A DNA stretch of 64,000 nucleotides. Source: Bugula neritina. Lineage: Eukaryota > Animalia > Bryozoa. Positions within the stretch are counted from its first letter, which is position 1. Every line of letters starts with the position of its first letter. The stretch spans positions 10,550,581 through 10,614,580 of the forward strand of contig OZ037767.1 in the NCBI GenBank assembly GCA_964035545.1. The letters run 5' to 3'. Under the pieces are notes generated by a model, which was not told where the DNA came from, did not search any database, and saw only the letters and a list, made by a program, of their open reading frames with translations. The position numbers and the translations under genes were made by a program. Positions 24,301 through 38,311 of this stretch are shown here, in pieces.

Positions 24301-27300
24301 CTGAGTCTTTGCAGTCTTAATAAGACCTTCATGATCTGTAATGTTGTGAAACTCCAAATCTCTCTCCGTCTCTGTTATGGCATCCCGTAGCAGCTGAGCT
24401 GTTGGCTGTTTGGTAGCTTTTTTTAAGTTGGCTGTCACTTTATCTGCAAAAAACAGCAAAATCGACTAAAAGGCTTTGAGTTATGAAGATGTCTAAATCA
24501 TACATGAATAAGGATAAATTTTATTGGTGTCATTCAAAAATTAATTTTGGGTGAACAAAAAATGGTTATATGTTTGAAGCTTCAAAAATTTAATTGAGCA
24601 ATGTATGCATAAAGAAATGAAAATAGACTAGATAACTTTGTAAAATGCAAAAACTGGGAGCCCGTTGTTTCAAAGGAATTATAATTAGTAAATAATGTCT
24701 ACTTATAACAAAATATTAGATAAAATGCACTCACTATATATTGCATTCTTAGCTTTCTCTAAAAGATCCATTTTGTCAGGTATTTTATGCTTTTTAAACT
24801 CTTGAGATGCAAAGTGCAGTTCCCACAAGTCACGTCTTTTCAATGACTGAAATGTTTTATGATTCACAAATTACAGGATAGCTGCCTGACACATTGCTTG
24901 ACTTACAGATCATGCGGCTTACAGGCATCACATGGCATCACAAGCTTACATGTAAACCACTCGACATTTTGGCATCTAAAACTTTTGACCTCTATGCGTT
25001 GAAAAATGAAAAGTTTGGAGAATAATACTTTGGAAAAAAATATAGCAAAAATGCTCCCATGCCAAACTTACATATATAAAGACATGAAAAACTAAGTTTT
25101 ATTTTAGAAAACAGTAAAAAAGTTACACTTCTGTAATACAAGAATAATAATTTTTTGCAATAACAAGTAAAAAGTTGAAAAGTATCCAAAGTCTCAAATG
25201 AACTATTACTTATCTACTACTAAATAAAGTAGAAAATAAGAAACTATGTATAATAAACTAACCCTGAGCAGTTGTTTAGTGAGAAGTTTAGCTAAGTTGT
25301 CAGTAGCTTGCTTGATCAAAGGGTTAGCATCAGCCGTGTCTTCAGGCATAAAATGATTGTAGTTTTCTAGAGCCTCTGCAACATCTTTATAGTTCTAAAG
25401 CAGAAGGTTCTAGAGTGATATTAGTAAGACAGATTATATTCCCAAAAGTAAGACAAGAAGAAAACACAATAAAAATTAACAAGAAATAGTAAATTATACG
25501 AAAATGACTTTATAGGTAATTGCAGGAAAGTTTGAATGACTGCAAAAATCATTTAAATATAATATTATAGTTGAAACAAAACAAAACATTTGAACATGTC
25601 AGTGCTAGTCAGCATATTTACTGCAAAAGCAAAAACAAGAAACCTCTAAAAAGTTTTAATAATTTTATTTAGTCATCATCAAGAGCAAAATATTTCACTC
25701 AGTCAGTTCTCTGGCCAGGGTGTTTCACTCACATGACTGTTGATGGCATCTATGAGCTGTAGAATAGCCATCGCTTTCTTTGCCAGTATTTGCTTGGCTT
25801 TTTTCATCAAATTCGTTTTATCGGGATCAGCAAACATCTCATGTTTTGTCATTTCCTGTTAATTGCAAATGAAAATGAGACATTTATTAGCGTGCACTAC
25901 TAGCAGTGTTACATATTTTACAGTAAATATATTCAAGTAATTTCTTTTAATATAATAAAAACTGTTATATTAGTAAGAATGTTTAGTACAGCTTACAGCA
26001 ACGGTGATGCCCATTCCACGAATATCATGCTCGTTAATTTGCTTTTCCAATTTCTTCTTTAAAATATCCTTCAGAGCATTCTAAACCAATGAAAAATAAA
26101 TTGGCCATAGTTAGCTATACTGGATAGAGACAATGGACTTTTGGGCAAAACATTAAGGGTTGATGGCACGTGAATATACAATCACACACATTGATTATAT
26201 TTATAAAAAGCCAATTTACGTCAATACTCAATGTTTGTTAAACTTAAACAGAATCAAGAGATTTATTATGTGCATACTGTATTCAAACAGATGTGTTAAT
26301 TTGAAGGCTTCAATAAAAAATGCATGCAGACAGCAAATGCAGAGGAATCTGCTATAACACTAACTCTTAACCAAGTTACTTAAAGTTCTGTGCTCAAAGG
26401 TAGTAGCTGATCATCCAACCTTATCTGTAAAAGATATCTTAGTCTCTGGAACTTCTGAATTTGATTTAGTAAACTGAGTTTTAGTCAGCGCCTGTGAAAT
26501 CATAGCATGATTTTCTGTATAAATGGCTTCTAAGAGGGTCTTCTTAAGGGAGGCTTGAGATGCTGTGTAAAACATAGACATACAAAGGCATGTCTGTAAG
26601 TCAAACTAATATTTTACCAGAAAACACATGTCTGCAAGTAAAACTAATATCCCATTGAGAAAATGGTTATACTCACCAACGTCTGCAAGCCGTCCAATAG
26701 AAAGAATCTTCTTTATTGTTGGACTTTCTTTATGATGCAACATAGCTAACCAATAATATCTAGTCTTCCAAAAGTAGAACAAAATAACGTACGTGGTCAT
26801 CACTAGCATTGTGCCCTAAAAACAGTAGACTGGTAGAGTGATATTACTCACAATAAGCACATAATGAATTGGGTCTAGCACAACAAGTCTAGTTATACTC
26901 ACTAATAACACAGCATAGTCTTGCTGGCCAATCTTGTATCCAAAAACTCTCACAACGAATTGAAACTCAAACCTACAGTTGGTGGTAGGATCAACCTCTC
27001 TATCAAAATACAAGCAATAGACTTTAGTATATTAGTAACATCTAACTATTTCGGTGGTATACAATTATGATCAACATTGATTTAATAAAAAGTGTGATAA
27101 ACTAGAGTTACAATAATTCCTCTTGTCAAATATGCTGTTAGCTTTGTATGATCCATAGTTCTAGAAAATTACAGCTTACTTGGCAATTAGCCAATTATTC
27201 AGTAACTATGTATAAGCAACTTACAAATTGGAAAACTCCAATAGGAAGAAGTATTCCGGGATGCCATCTTCTGAAGGAGGTGGATAATAACAGTCACTTT

Positions 27301-30300
27301 TCTTGTCACAATGCCAGTTTATGGCATTGTTGTTAGAATCATAGACTGGGTAGCCATCATGAGTTTCACGAGGAAAATATTCTTCAGGGGTGACCATTAG
27401 AGAATCTGGTTGCTTTCCATCACTAAAAACACAGACAGACAGAAAAGAAAAAGAGAGGAAGAAAGAGCAAGAGAGAAAAAGAGAAAAGGAGAAAGAAAGA
27501 AGGAAAGAGAGAGAGAAAGAGAGAAAGAAAGAGAAAGAGAGAGGGAATGAAGGAAAATTAATCAACAGCAATACATGTAATTGCACTGATTGCTATCAAA
27601 GTAAGGCATAGTTTTATTAGTTCTTGCCACAAAATCAGGAAACAGAACTTGATTCTACCAAACTTTCTCATTTGCAACTGATGAATAGGAAAACAAACCT
27701 TTGGTTGAAAGAGTTATAAAGCCTAATTTCCTCTGCAGAAAACCTTCTCATTTGTTTGTAGGTGTTGCCTCCTCCTACCACTTTCAAAGTATATTTTCCA
27801 TAAAAAGAAACACTTTGGCCAAGATTCAGGTAAATGACTTTGAAGTGAGGATAGAAGGCTGTGAATAAACAGAGAGCCACTCTTTCAATTAGTTGTAATG
27901 TGGGACAAAAAATACAAACAGAATAAAATCTAGATATGTGTATTGTACATATATTATTAGGACACAGTTAAGCGCATGACATGCAGACCAATAGACAGGC
28001 AGAAAGAAGATACAACTCCTACATAAGCCAACTATAAATACAAGCATGTTTTTTCTCTTGAGGTAAAAAGCACATGAGATGAAGTGAAGGCGAAATGCGC
28101 AGATTTGTAATAACTTTGAAAGGAAAAAAAAGTTTCATTGCATAAATATAAAACGCCAATACTTTGTAAACACACATGCACGCACACACTTACTGTGTTG
28201 GAAGTAAAAACAGTTTTTATATTCATCTCGGTTCAAACAGTTCAAATGTGTCTGAAGAATTTCTAGTTCTTCAATTGATCGTTCCAAGTCAAATGACGGA
28301 ACAACTTGTGGCGGACAACCAGCAAAAATCTGCGTGTTGTGCAAACCCTGAACATAAAAAATATAAGCCAAAGTTTAGTAAGAAAACAAAATATACTTTA
28401 GAGAAACAATTTTACACTCAAGTTTATTAAATTGCTTTATGTAATGTATTTTTAAACTTTTGGTTTATCGACTTTGTAAATTAAGTTATGCAATACACTG
28501 CTATCTGAACAGCCGAACTGCCATTAAGTCAGAAGTTTTGACCGTTGGTGAGCCGAGACTTCTATTTTTCTGCAACAAATTCATTTTGTTCTACAACTTT
28601 TGAGATTTAGTTTGCATCCTGATAGCTGAGGATCTAATTCATTTGACTTAGAAATAGTGAAGGTGGCAACTTACGTGAAAGTGGTGAGTTGTAGAAGGAC
28701 AGTAGGTATCTAAGGTGGAAACTTTCAATAGAAGAGTAACTTCTTGGAGATTCACCCCTGGCACCTGTTGTCTAGGTGTGTAGCTATCATTGAGCGACAT
28801 TGTTACCTGCGTTGTATGATATGTATACAGTGTAAACTTTACATACATCATGTAATTTATTTGATATATACATACAGTAGAGAACCTGACTACTCTCTCA
28901 TATAACCAGTAGAGTATACATTCATTACCTCATACAGCAAAATTTGTCTCAAATAGTTGAAGGTCTTTTTGACGTTGATTTTCACAACACCAGTAACAGA
29001 CAACTCCAATGAGAGTCTCATGTTCTCCATGTCGCTATAATCTGCATAGATCATGTACAAAATTCGGTGTTAATTGTGTGACCAGCATTTATTTACAGCA
29101 AACTACAACTCCCAAATAGCTCCCCCTATAATACTTTACATGCAAAGCATCATTATTCATTTTGGTTAAAACTTAATTAGCAAGCCAAATATGCTGAAAC
29201 AACAACAATCGGTATAGCAGTGCCAAGTGGCTACAGAGTGAAAAAGAAAAAGTCGGAGAATTAGATAGGATTCAGCACTAGAACTAGCCCACATCTATAA
29301 AATGTCAGTTTAAGCTATGCCCATTGGAGCTCTTGGAGCATACATACAAAACTGTAGATTAAATGGAGTAGCTGAAAACAAGTACTCACTGATTCAACTG
29401 TCTCGTGACTCATACTCATTATTACTTAGCAATTACAGCGTAGCGAGTCCTAATCATGTAATGATATGCATGTTGTAGTCATAGCCATAGAGTCATAGTT
29501 ATGTAATCATAGTCATATAGTTATAGTCATAGTCATATGGTCACACAGTTACATAGTCATAATCATATAGCCATAGTCATATAGCCATAGTCATATAGTG
29601 ATTATAGTCACATAGTCATATTCATATAGTAAGTTGGTAAGCCAACCTATATGTTCCTTATTGCTAGCGCTTTGTACAGCAATGCTGACTGTGAAATTTA
29701 TTTCAGAACCCTTGTCAAGGTAGATAACTGACGGAAGCGGTGCAAATCCAGTAGAATGGCTTTGACGACGTTTTTCCTACAAGTATAAAGACAGCAATTT
29801 TAGTCGGTGGAAAAGCAAACCTACCAGCAATAAAATACTGAAAGCAGAGACACCGGTGTAAACCAAAAACCGGTTACAAAAAGTAAATATTTTGCTGCCA
29901 TAGATGAACTTTCAAATTTGTTTATATGTTTATTTACATATTTTGTAACGTGTTTCAACTAAAGGACGTTCATAACTATGCAACATTATAGAAAGATAAA
30001 ATGTGTAGTCATAGTCATATTACTACGTTAAAACACAAAAATGGAAACACGTCGGAACATTAGTATAATTTCACATAATTTCTTGTAACCAACATAAAAA
30101 TACAATTATTATTTACAAAACAGTGTGCGCATATATAAGAGGATAAGCAATCGACCAATTTTAAAAAAGCAATTTCAAAGAGTTGCACAGTCCAGCAACA
30201 TATAGTGATGCATTACACTTTAAAGAAGTAGCATAAAACTTGAATTACTGTATGAATTTACACACTACCCAAATACTAGTTTTTATAATGAGTACCATCA

Positions 30301-33300
30301 ACAAGTGTTCTTGTAACATTCAGTAAGTTACTCATAAGACCTACTTGGGTGTCGGAGCGAAGAATTCCAAAGCCGTAGCTAGTTAGGTCAACCAGCGCTG
30401 CCATTTCCTTCACGAAGGAAGTATAAAACTCGTCTGATTCGTTGTTTAAATTGCTCAGGTGACGAACTTGGTTAAGAAAGTTGTAAACTAGCAGATGATG
30501 GATTAAAATAACAGGCAGCACTTGCTTGTTAATACCTTCAGCTCTCATTATAGGAAATCCTCGCCAATGATATTTCTGAATAGTGTAAAGTAATAAAATT
30601 ATAAAGGCTAAAAATCTGTATCATATCAATTTAGAGGTAGAATTTTACACACATTATGTGCATCAAATCTTATGTAATATTCATATGTAACATGTAATAT
30701 TATTTGTGATATGTCATGTACTTATTAAACAACAGCCAATGATATGTAAGCTCTCCCTCTCAACATCACAAAACAGAGTAAACAGAAATTAGCTACGTTT
30801 ATGCAGAATCACTCTAAAAAGCAAATTTAGTAATAGAAGCCTACAATAAAACAGATAAAATACATTATACGATCCTTACCTGATCCCTAACATAGTCTTC
30901 TAGAACCATACTATTTGTTATAACTTGATAGTTACACCTGTGGTCATGGAAATCTGAGTGGTTGCTTGATGTTTCCAGTCTGAAAGTTTAAAGAAAACTA
31001 TCTGTAATTTTGAGATTACTCAGAAAACTTAGGTGTTGCAGTTCTTGCCACAGAGCGGTCATACTAGTCATATAGCAAAGACATAATTGTGCCAAACAGA
31101 ATGAAACATAACTTCACGTTGAACTACATCATGTGCAAAAAATGATCAAATGCATATCAACAAAACAAAATATGCTATAGTATTATTAATAGTTCTTGTG
31201 GCTTATAGTAAGCACAAGGTTATGGGTCCAAATCTTGATATGGTCATTGCATGGTGATGTCAGGCACAATTACCCTTTGTGACACCAAAAACAAGTCATT
31301 AGGCCAATTAAAGCTACCTTTACCATCAAGGGTTCTTTTGGGAATATCAACATCAAAACTCTGAAGTTTTCTCATAAAATAAAAGTAGAATGATCTTCTT
31401 TCTAGATAATTTTTTATTCTTTATATAAAAACTAACAAACATGCAATGGATTGTATTATATTGCATGTATTGGATATAATAAACTTTGTATTAGTTATAT
31501 AATTATATGCTAATTAAATTTTAGTTAATTTGCAATTTTATGTAGTCAATCTAACTTTCTAAAGTATAGATATAGTTATTATTTTTTACCTTACAGGCCT
31601 ACAGCATACCCTAACATGAAAAATATAACATGAGAACCTACCACCACAACTACCACCGCCATTACTACGAGTACTACCACCACTACTACCGTGTACTTAC
31701 CACTACTACTACCACTACCACAACTACTACATACCGGCCAAACAAGTCACTATCTGCATCATCTTCATTAATCACATCAGCAACATTCACCTCAACCTTC
31801 AGCAAACTTTCATGTGGTCTGGCAGCATTCTCTTCAGCTAGCAGCTATCAACCATCAAATAAACAAAAGATCAATCACAGTATGATTTAAAATAGTATAT
31901 TTGGGCTGAACACATCGGCATAGTTATGTACTGTATACTGCATATCAACTTCTTCTATAGAAACAGAAGACAATTTAGCCTTAGGACTACAATAATAGCT
32001 TTGACTTATGTAGCTCAATCTTAGATCTTCTGCTACATTGGTAAAGTATTTCCAGGTCTGACAATCAGAAAGTGATAATGCACACATGATCATTTGTGAT
32101 TTACATAGTAAGGAGAGTAAAACATGGAGATATGAAAGGATGCATGGTCGTGTATAGTTGTAGAGAAAAATAGACACTTACAACAAGAAGTTGTCCACTC
32201 CGTATAAACTTCATACTTATTACATTGTGAACAGCTAGGAGATCTACATAAGAGTCGGGTTTTGTTTTACTCGTCACTTTCCTCCAACCATATGAAGGAT
32301 AGATCTGGCGTAGTACCTCATTCTCTGCTATCCACAACATAATCTGTAGAAATAGCAAGTCTAGCAAGTAGAATCTACAGCATACTATGCAGAGATGGCA
32401 CATGTAATCCACTGAATAATTAGTAGTAAGGCTAAGCTTGACAAGCCTAATCTACAGCAAAATATATAAAAATAAATTTTGCAAGGGTGATCCACCACCT
32501 AATCACAATAAATACATCTGCTACACAGAAGTAAAAGTCTTGACTGTATTGATTAGTACCTGCTTTGTTGGTTGACCAGAATAAAAAGCCACGAGTCCAC
32601 TTTGATCTGCTGCAACCAAACTATAACTAGCTTGTTCATCTGCATTAGTTAGACTATAAAAATGACCTCCCAAAGTTCCATATATCACATGACTTCCAGT
32701 CAGTATTAGGTTGTTTTGAGAAAAAGACAAAGACGTGATGAAGTCAATAGTTATCTCCTTCTTTATATAACAATCTGTACAGATGGCGCCAGCTCTCTGC
32801 TTTTCAGCCAATGTTTGCTGCATCTTCATTTCTGTTTCTATTTCTACGCAATATTAATCAAGCAATAGGATAATTAAAACAATTTTGCAAAATTCATATC
32901 AAAAAATTAACACTGTAATCAACAATTAAGCAGTATTTGAAGCTGAAAATTATCAAATTAATATAAATTCGTTTGTCCAGTGACAAGCCAATTAAAGATG
33001 TAAATGAGATAATAGATTTTTGCTAACACTAACAAATAATGCAGGAAATATTATGAGTCCAGTACTTTGCAACTAGTAAGTAAGCAAGTAAGCACAAAAA
33101 CTTTACCTGCTGTGAAAAGTGAGTCGAGCTGCTTGTGAACCGTTTTGACTAAATATCTCTCAAATCCTAACAGCAAGACTGGTTCAACGGTATCAGCTGT
33201 TATATAAATAAACATTTCAGTGAATAAATTAAATTTTTTGCACATATAAACTTATACAAAACCAATGTTAAACGCAGACTTGAGAAGTAATACAGCTTAT

Positions 33301-36300
33301 TAGGCAGGAGAAAATTTTTGGTGAATTGTTGATTTTTAATTTAATTACAGCTCAGATCAGCTATACTGAAATCTTTCGCTATCTTTAGCAAACTAAATGA
33401 GAATTGAGACCTTATAAAACCATGCAGCTTCTTTTTTTTGTAACTTTATTGAGGAAACCAATAAACTAGCAAAGTAGATAGCCAGGAATATTTCATAAAA
33501 ATGCAGACTCTATGCCATAGATTATGAGACCTCACCTACACTGTATCTCCACACTTTATAGATGATGTCATTTAACCTGGTTTCCTTAGTGAGAACATTA
33601 ATGTGGGAGGATATAACCCCGTCATAGCAAGCATCAACTATCTCACATTGCTGGTTACATACTAAGCTGATGTTGACCGGCTCTAAGACAAGTCTCTCTC
33701 CACTAAGAGCTAAATACACAACAGGAAGTAGTTGAGGTGTAAGGGGAAACTGATTATGCTTGATGTAGAATGGAGTGAATAAAGTATGAAACTGTAATTA
33801 AAAAAAATTAGATAACTGCTACACTAAATGGCTGCGATTTTTGTATTCATACATAGTCCAGAAAGACAACTACTGACCGAGTTTATAAGATGAAACATGC
33901 TCACTTACCCTGTACTGGATAGTAGACTGTGTTTTTAGCAAATACTATAATGCGAGGCTCTGAGTTGTAATACCTGCTATCAACCTTGAGTTTTTCTACG
34001 CATTCTTTTAATATTACAACAAAAGACACTCTGTAGCCCCCACCAATCGTCATCTCAATGAGTCCAACCTACATATTATAGCAATTCAAGTTTCATACTT
34101 TTCAATTAAAATAAAACAAAAATTCCTTTGTTGTATAAAATGTAAAACTAGATTGCCGGATAACAAAGGTGTGAACCTGTGTGTATTCAAATAGCATCAG
34201 GAATTGTTTGTCTCTGGAACAAAATAACTCTACTCTAGACTTCAATAACAAACCAAAAAGTAAATGTATGTACAGAGTGGAAGCATAATTTACTTACGTT
34301 AGTAGCAAATAATACTCTAGAATGTTCTGTTACAGCTGAATGAATGATAATATCTGTGGGGGGTTTACTAGTATTATTGCACAGGTCCCTTTCTCTTGAT
34401 ATGTCGTTGAAAGAAGGCTATAAAAATTCATGAAAAATTCTACGCTTGAGCAGCGATTGAATATAGGTGAATAACTCAGCAACTTACTTTAACAAAATAT
34501 ATACATGCCTATGTTACACTAGCCTATGGCATTTATAAATAAAAGAAAGACCAGAGCAGAAAAACATAAAAGAGAAATGTTATAGAAACTGAAAAGAGCA
34601 ATTTAACTTTTTATATAATGATCGCAATTAACTGTGTAATTATAGTTATTTGTATTTATTAGCTCAAGATTCATTTGTCATTATAATGTAGAGAAACAGC
34701 TATTAGGCCTCTCACTTTGATAGCATAAACTGAGCTCCATTGATTATCACTGAAAAGCACTGTGTCTGTATCCATGGTTAAAATGTTCATCACTGCAAAG
34801 CTTGATATCATGGGGAATCTTTGATAGCCTTCAGATAAGAAATTCACTTTTATTTCATATAATATAATATAATATAATATATATAAACTGATATTTTTCA
34901 CACGCACGAACACACATCTATATATACAATCATAGTATATATATAATTAAGGTTATAACTAGAATAATGTAAATATGTATGTCTGTAGGCCCAAATCAAC
35001 AACAAATAAAATAAACGAATTAAAAACAGAGAGAGTAGAAATGTATTTTAGCTAATTGAAAATACCAAAAAGCTGACTATATATAAATGCTGCTGTAATA
35101 CTCCCACCTTTATTAACAAGTCCGGCAGCCACTTTAGCATCAAATGTAACGAGACTACCAAAGTTACAGAAACTCCCACAGAATGGATTGAGAATGAAGT
35201 ACTCTCTAAAATCATATGAAAATAAAAAAGGGAATTTTTGTAATTAATGACACTGGAAAGGTTTTGTGAAAAGAAGCAGCGGTTGAAACTGCACCATGAT
35301 ATTGAAAATCACAGACAAAGCCCAGACTGCCTAAACGAGACAGTCCTTCTGATGTAGGAGGCAACTCCCACTATGTAAAACCAAACTCCATGCGTCTTAA
35401 TTTATACTTCAGGGTAATGTTGTCATGGTAATAGAAATACATATAATATTACAATTATTATAAATGCTGTGCTTATAAAAGAAACCTGTATGGAGTAGAG
35501 AAAAGGGCTTGCGGATATTCTTCCACAGAAATCTCAAGGAAAAGATCTCTATCATTGACAGGTAAAGGAGCGACCCAAACAGGTTCACATAATGCCCTGC
35601 ATGGCTTCGCAGATCCATTGAGTACCGATGCATCTGTCAAATAGCTCTCAAATTCGTTCTCTACTGAACCTGCAAGTTTCAAAGTGATGAAATATGAACC
35701 ATTTTCTTCTGTTCTATAAGACATGATATGCATCTGTTTATAGAGACCAAATGACTAACAGCAACATTACTTGCACAAACTTAAGAAGGGTGTTACTCTG
35801 CTAGCCGCAACACATAGAATATACTGCCATGACTTCTAAAATTAGAAATACAATGATATTAAGCAGGAAGCACACAAGTGGCCACACAGAGATTAGCATT
35901 TTGGCACAGCTTCTTCAGACCACAGAAAACTTGAGTCCATCTTCTTGAAATTTAAGTGAGTACAAAGCATTATACTGAAACAGAAGCTGCTTTTTCATAA
36001 AAATTTATTTTCAATTGCATAAAAATCATAAACTAAAAAAAGCTGTGAAAGTTTATTCTTACCAACATGTATCCCTTCTCGCGTCACATGAGAATTACTA
36101 ACTTTGATATGAACAGCAACATCCTTTTGAGCAACTAAAATTGCAGCTTCAGGAGAGTAGACATCATTACAGAAAATACTCAGTTGTATCATATTCCTGT
36201 AGCCCACCAGTGCATTCTGTAATGAAAGCAGTTAGTACCTGTTATTTTTCTTACTGTCATGTAAATGGAAACAAGTTTTCAAATATAAATTTCTATTCAA

Positions 36301-36676
36301 CAATGTTTCAATGAAAGTATATGTGCTGGATAATTACCCTGGCTAAAAAATATGCAAAGGCTTTCCTATGAAAGAACTTTAGTTTGGTGTTTATTTTGAA
36401 TTTAGTGTTTCTGACGTTTATCCTCGTCACCTCTCGTATGACAGCTTTGCCATCAACCTACCACAAAACATAAAAAAAGTAGATTCAAAATTAATAAATG
36501 ATTCAATTGTATCTAGTTCATAGGTTGAAGCAAAAAATTTAATGTATACATACCTCCAAAATTTTTGATTGCCATTTGCAAGTTTCCCTAAGAGTTGACA
36601 AGTTACCTTTAAATTTACTAATGCCAAAGCCAATGAAGCACCACCAACACACAATAAGAAGAAATACTTTTTTCAT
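14468..36676 (-). CDS. CATSPERG: CatSper-gamma-like gene, copy 2: signal peptide, ectodomain and TM fused to a long cytoplasmic tail (helical repeats, dynein-MTBD-like segment, Sec14, GOLD); ~48 exons, ~2400 aa
   Basis: Exon 1 (36676-36554) gives MKKVFLLIVCWWCFIGFGIS-KFKGNLSTLRETCKWQSKILE (signal peptide plus CxW motif). Later exons match recalled CATSPERG motifs: LRQIYPSYGW, PLPSVIYLDKGSEINF (cf. LPERIFLDKGTEYSF), IFAGCPP, FYPHFKV...SFYGKYTLKVVGGG...FSAEEIRLYNS, INWHC...C...PEYFFLLEFSNLEVDPTTNC. TM exon 26815-26677. Tail exons: 26562-26420, 26080-25997, 25855-25733, 25394-25263, 24846-24735, 24443-24199, 23931-23746, 22785-22653, 22394-22153, 22053-21893, 21300-21176, 20793-20606, 20260-20125, 19773-19559, 19461-19339, 18935-18732, 18190-18110, 17855-17678, 17225-17113, 16979-16812, 16659-16506, 15872-15658, 15375-15263, 15056-14905, 14640-14468. 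All are GT-AG, phase-compatible and stop-free. CATSPERG identity is more certain than the fusion. Confidence 0.8.
15658..17760 (-). other. Exons encoding CRAL-TRIO_N + CRAL-TRIO (Sec14) lipid-binding domain
   Basis: AYISRWVKAYSLADAKLYLKNSV...YAPQEVLLK...GVDRADNP...IDFNGLAKSC...TLIVDCS...SYPCLFKNVYIIH...WRDILHSVIDKQYLPPSLYGT...VPPHFYLK parallels SEC14L2-type LLRWLRAR...PPEVI...GYDLDGCP...LDAKGLL...IIYDC...NYPETLKRLFVV...[21 protein letters not shown]...IPRKYY. Confidence 0.8.
15924..16315 (+). repeat. 32-bp minisatellite with core TGTGTCCATAGCAAC
   Basis: Cores at ~15926, 15958, 15990, 16022, 16054, 16174, 16206, plus GTAACCATAACAAC at ~16301. Confidence 0.85.
18110..19600 (-). other. Exons encoding a dynein-stalk microtubule-binding-domain-like segment
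   Basis: Spliced peptide IKLDLVEISPVDIVGFYKYTIVPLKVFDILKAFLLVL...RWWDVRNEV...LLAQAKKYAP...TLAVIIKWVLLM follows the recalled MTBD pattern L..L...DI.E...Y..PP..V..V..A...LL...W......L...L..YD...A..L..WV..M. Divergent; pattern match by eye only. Confidence 0.5.
20606..26562 (-). other. Exons encoding ~10 degenerate ~40-45 aa alpha-helical repeats (tail of copy 2)
   Basis: Recurring pattern L..A.....D...L..A...F..H.I.D..G.I..A...L, e.g. LLRSLKRRDLWELHFASQEFKKHKIPDKMDLLEKAKNAI; LLRDAITETERDLEFHNITDHEGLIKTAKTQL; LSAAIIAARIEFSRVGIDDPGDAIKTAEKKL; HLLELTKKFEELEFPDKDGVYKAALSLV. Confidence 0.7.
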
Positions 36677-37917
36677 GACTAATTACTTCAAAGATGAGTT
36701 AAAAGGAGTAACTAAGATAATATTGGTATTTATCTTCAGTAAAATTCGAATGCTAGTTATAGCGTTACTCTTTACGTTACGATTTACATAACGTAAAGCT
36801 TAACACCAAAAGCTGCAATTTGAAATTTAAATATTATACCTGTGTAATAAAAAGTTTCAAGTTATAAAACACCTTTGTATAAGCAAAATATGCATGCTAC
36901 TATCACTGTAAAACCCACAAACAACTGTGTGTCATGAGCTATGGTACTATAGGGAAACGCCATTTACTTAGCAATTATTTGACTGCTATATTAATATAGT
37001 GACTGCTTTATAGCTGGTTTAAAGAGAACAGCAATGTCAGCTATATCATAACAGTTTTAAATAAAATAGCAACTACGGAACTGCAGTATCATATATTAAA
37101 GATAATTTAAACTACAATCATTTTGTAGGTCCATAACCAAAATTATGGTATGTATCACGTGCATTCTGCTAGTTAGAAGAATCAACGGATTGGTGTCTAG
37201 TGGAGTGATATATATTTAATTTATTTCCTAACGTTCCTTGTAGACCTTACCTATCATGAGACTAAAATACAATTAATTCAAAACATAGAAATGTAAATAA
37301 TGTCATATAACAGATTAATATGTAAAATGACTGAAACAGTTCAAACCAAATGTATGCAAATGTATAACAATGTATAATTAGTCAAATGTATAAATAAGCA
37401 ATTATGGATCCCAAAAGTTATTACCTCTTTCCTCCTTTTATGTGAATGTGATAATTAGGTTTAACCTTATCCAAATTCAAAGACAAATTCAGACTGAATA
37501 CTAATTTTTATAACACTATTTTTTCAAACTAAGATAGACATCTCATCCTTCCGTTGTTCTTCTGATATTTTGTATACCTACTCAAAGCTAATTATTAGGT
37601 TGCTATCAGCTATAAAGCTAGCTTTCAATATGAATAGCTGTCAAATTACAGCTAAGAAAAACTGCCTTTCTACGTAATTTATACCGTTACTGATTATATG
37701 GAATTTACATTGTACCGAGTTATAGTTAGCCTTCTGTTGGTTTTGAATTTAAACCAGACTATACCTATACTATACATTACTGCATTCAGCCTTAGAAAGA
37801 GAACGAGGTACTACTTTTACTATAACTACCTATATATTAACTTTTTTTCATTATCTAAAAATTAATGTTTTGACTAATTACATATTACTGTTTTATTTTT
37901 GCATATTTTAAATTTTG

Positions 37918-37920
<3 letters not shown>

Positions 37921-37966
<46 letters not shown>

Positions 37967-37992
37967 TATATATATAAGCATATATATATATA
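37921..37992 (+). repeat. (TA)n microsatellite
   Basis: Directly visible, ~40 bp from the outer end of the inverted duplication. Confidence 0.95.
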
Positions 37993-38311
37993 AAAATCTA
38001 ATATCAGAATATTCATCTCTAAACATGCAGTAGCTTCAAGTTTCTGCCTTAGGGGCTAAAACATAAACTGGAATGCCTCAGATTTAGATTCAAATAATGT
38101 GGAATATTTATCACTAAACATGCAGTCTATTTTTACAGAAAAATTAAAACAATTGGAAGCCAACACTTGCATTTTATATTGCTTTTATTTGTGAAATTTT
38201 TAGTTTTACATCAAAAATAATCAGCAGCATAAGAGAGATGTCTTAAACAAAATATGTAATCAGATAAATACATTTATGTTTTTAACTGAAAGGTGAAAGC
38301 CAGGTCAAGGA

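Noticed and set aside
14468-26080. Treating the tail exons as a separate intervening gene
   Set aside because: No start exon or promoter space was found, and the first exon begins with a phase-0 acceptor matching the CATSPERG donor. Kept only as the alternative hypothesis in finding 1.
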